From Euglena gracilis (lineage: Eukaryota): a DNA stretch of 64,000 nucleotides. The stretch is from assembly GCA_039621445.1 (NCBI GenBank), contig CP154954.1:36503703-36567702 (forward strand). Reading direction: 5' to 3'. This document shows, piece after piece, positions 63,501-64,000 of this stretch. A program made the position numbers and the translations under genes. A model generated the notes under the pieces. The model worked only from the letters and a program-made list of their open reading frames with translations, ran no database searches and had not been told where the DNA came from. How positions within the stretch are numbered: position 1 is the first letter of the stretch; each line of letters opens with the position of its first letter.

Positions 63501-63550
63501 CGCAGGGACGGCGTGCGGCGGGAGTTGACCTGGACGATGAAGTCGAACAC
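57520..63550 (-). CDS. Ser/Pro/Arg-rich exons of unknown function; either the 5' part of the coiled-coil gene or a separate gene
   Basis: GC-rich islands, several with pyrimidine-rich AG acceptors: ~63440-63550 (VFDFIVQVNSRRTPSLRLFKAAFQKLQ), ~63068-63122 (RRHKYVTCKLVPTVAQHQP), ~62441-62589 (SGTAREGHSPGSWAHDVSPARPLSRRS), ~61170-61270, ~58660-58740, ~57992-58114 (EQLSLLLSGMELALSVREPP), ~57520-57550. Confidence 0.55.
59233..59356. repeat. Imperfect inverted repeat containing telomere-like TTAGGG/CCCTAA hexamers
   Basis: TGATGGAGTAGGGTTAGGGTTAGGAGTT ... AACTCCTAACCCTAACCCTATTTCATCA. Confidence 0.75.
62040..62440. mobile_element. hAT-like MITE (CAGGGTTCGATATAAGGA family), apparently within an exon
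   Basis: Perfect 18-bp TIR; perfect 8-bp TSD GGAGGACG (62032-62039, 62441-62448); homologous to 27441-27824. Confidence 0.93.
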
Positions 63551-64000
63551 CTGCGCCGGGGCGGAAGTGAAACGCGCCAGCCCAACCGTGCCGGGAGAAT
63601 GTTTCATGTGAAACCATTGGGCAGCAGCTGACGCCGGGAGGGGAGCAGACCCCCTCCATCCGGCCAAGGAGCGGAGAGTGGGGGGGGGGGGCACGGCACT
63701 CCTTGCCACCTTGACTCTGTAAACCCTCCAAATATCGAACCAGTCATCCCCCCGAGACCTGTCCCTGCTTCCTGTCTGCCTTTAGCGACCACCGGACAAC
63801 AGGACAGAAGGCGCGACGGGGGCAGCGGAGGGCCAGCGGTGCCACAGCCCCAGGGCTGAAGGGGGGGAGGACCTGGATCCCACTCCTGGCGGCTGGGCTG
63901 TGCTCCTTGACTCGGATGACCTGGGGAGGGCACAGCGGAAGACGTACAGGGCACAGGGCGACGGCACTGACCGGCAGGGGAAACAGATGCTCAATGTGTG

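Overview
This is eukaryotic nuclear DNA, most likely from a euglenid (Euglena-like). That is an inference from GC3-rich short exons, microsatellite- and MITE-packed introns, and introns with the euglenid nonconventional signature (CAG at +4..+6, CTG at -8..-6, complementary ends) mixed with GT/GC-AG introns. A minus-strand gene of roughly 50 short exons (~0.3-39.5 kb) encodes a long A/E/Q/R/L-rich coiled-coil protein. Ser/Pro-rich exons at 57.5-63.6 kb may be its 5' part. The most striking content is a family of TIR DNA transposons with CTTAG...CTAAG termini and 5-bp target-site duplications (1184-4541, 39991-54597, 42826-45492, plus a partial copy at 1-250). Each member is studded along its length with its own private 16-20-bp palindrome. 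The 14.6-kb member encodes a decayed DDE transposase with Transib/RAG1- and Academ-like motifs and an intron-containing ParB/Srx-fold protein (SGQHRFLAA), which suggests a ParB/parS-like module inside a eukaryotic transposon. Also present are hAT-like CAG...CTG MITEs with 8-bp TSDs whose geometry matches nonconventional introns; one appears to interrupt an exon. All calls were made by eye; exon borders are approximate unless stated, and no database searches were run.
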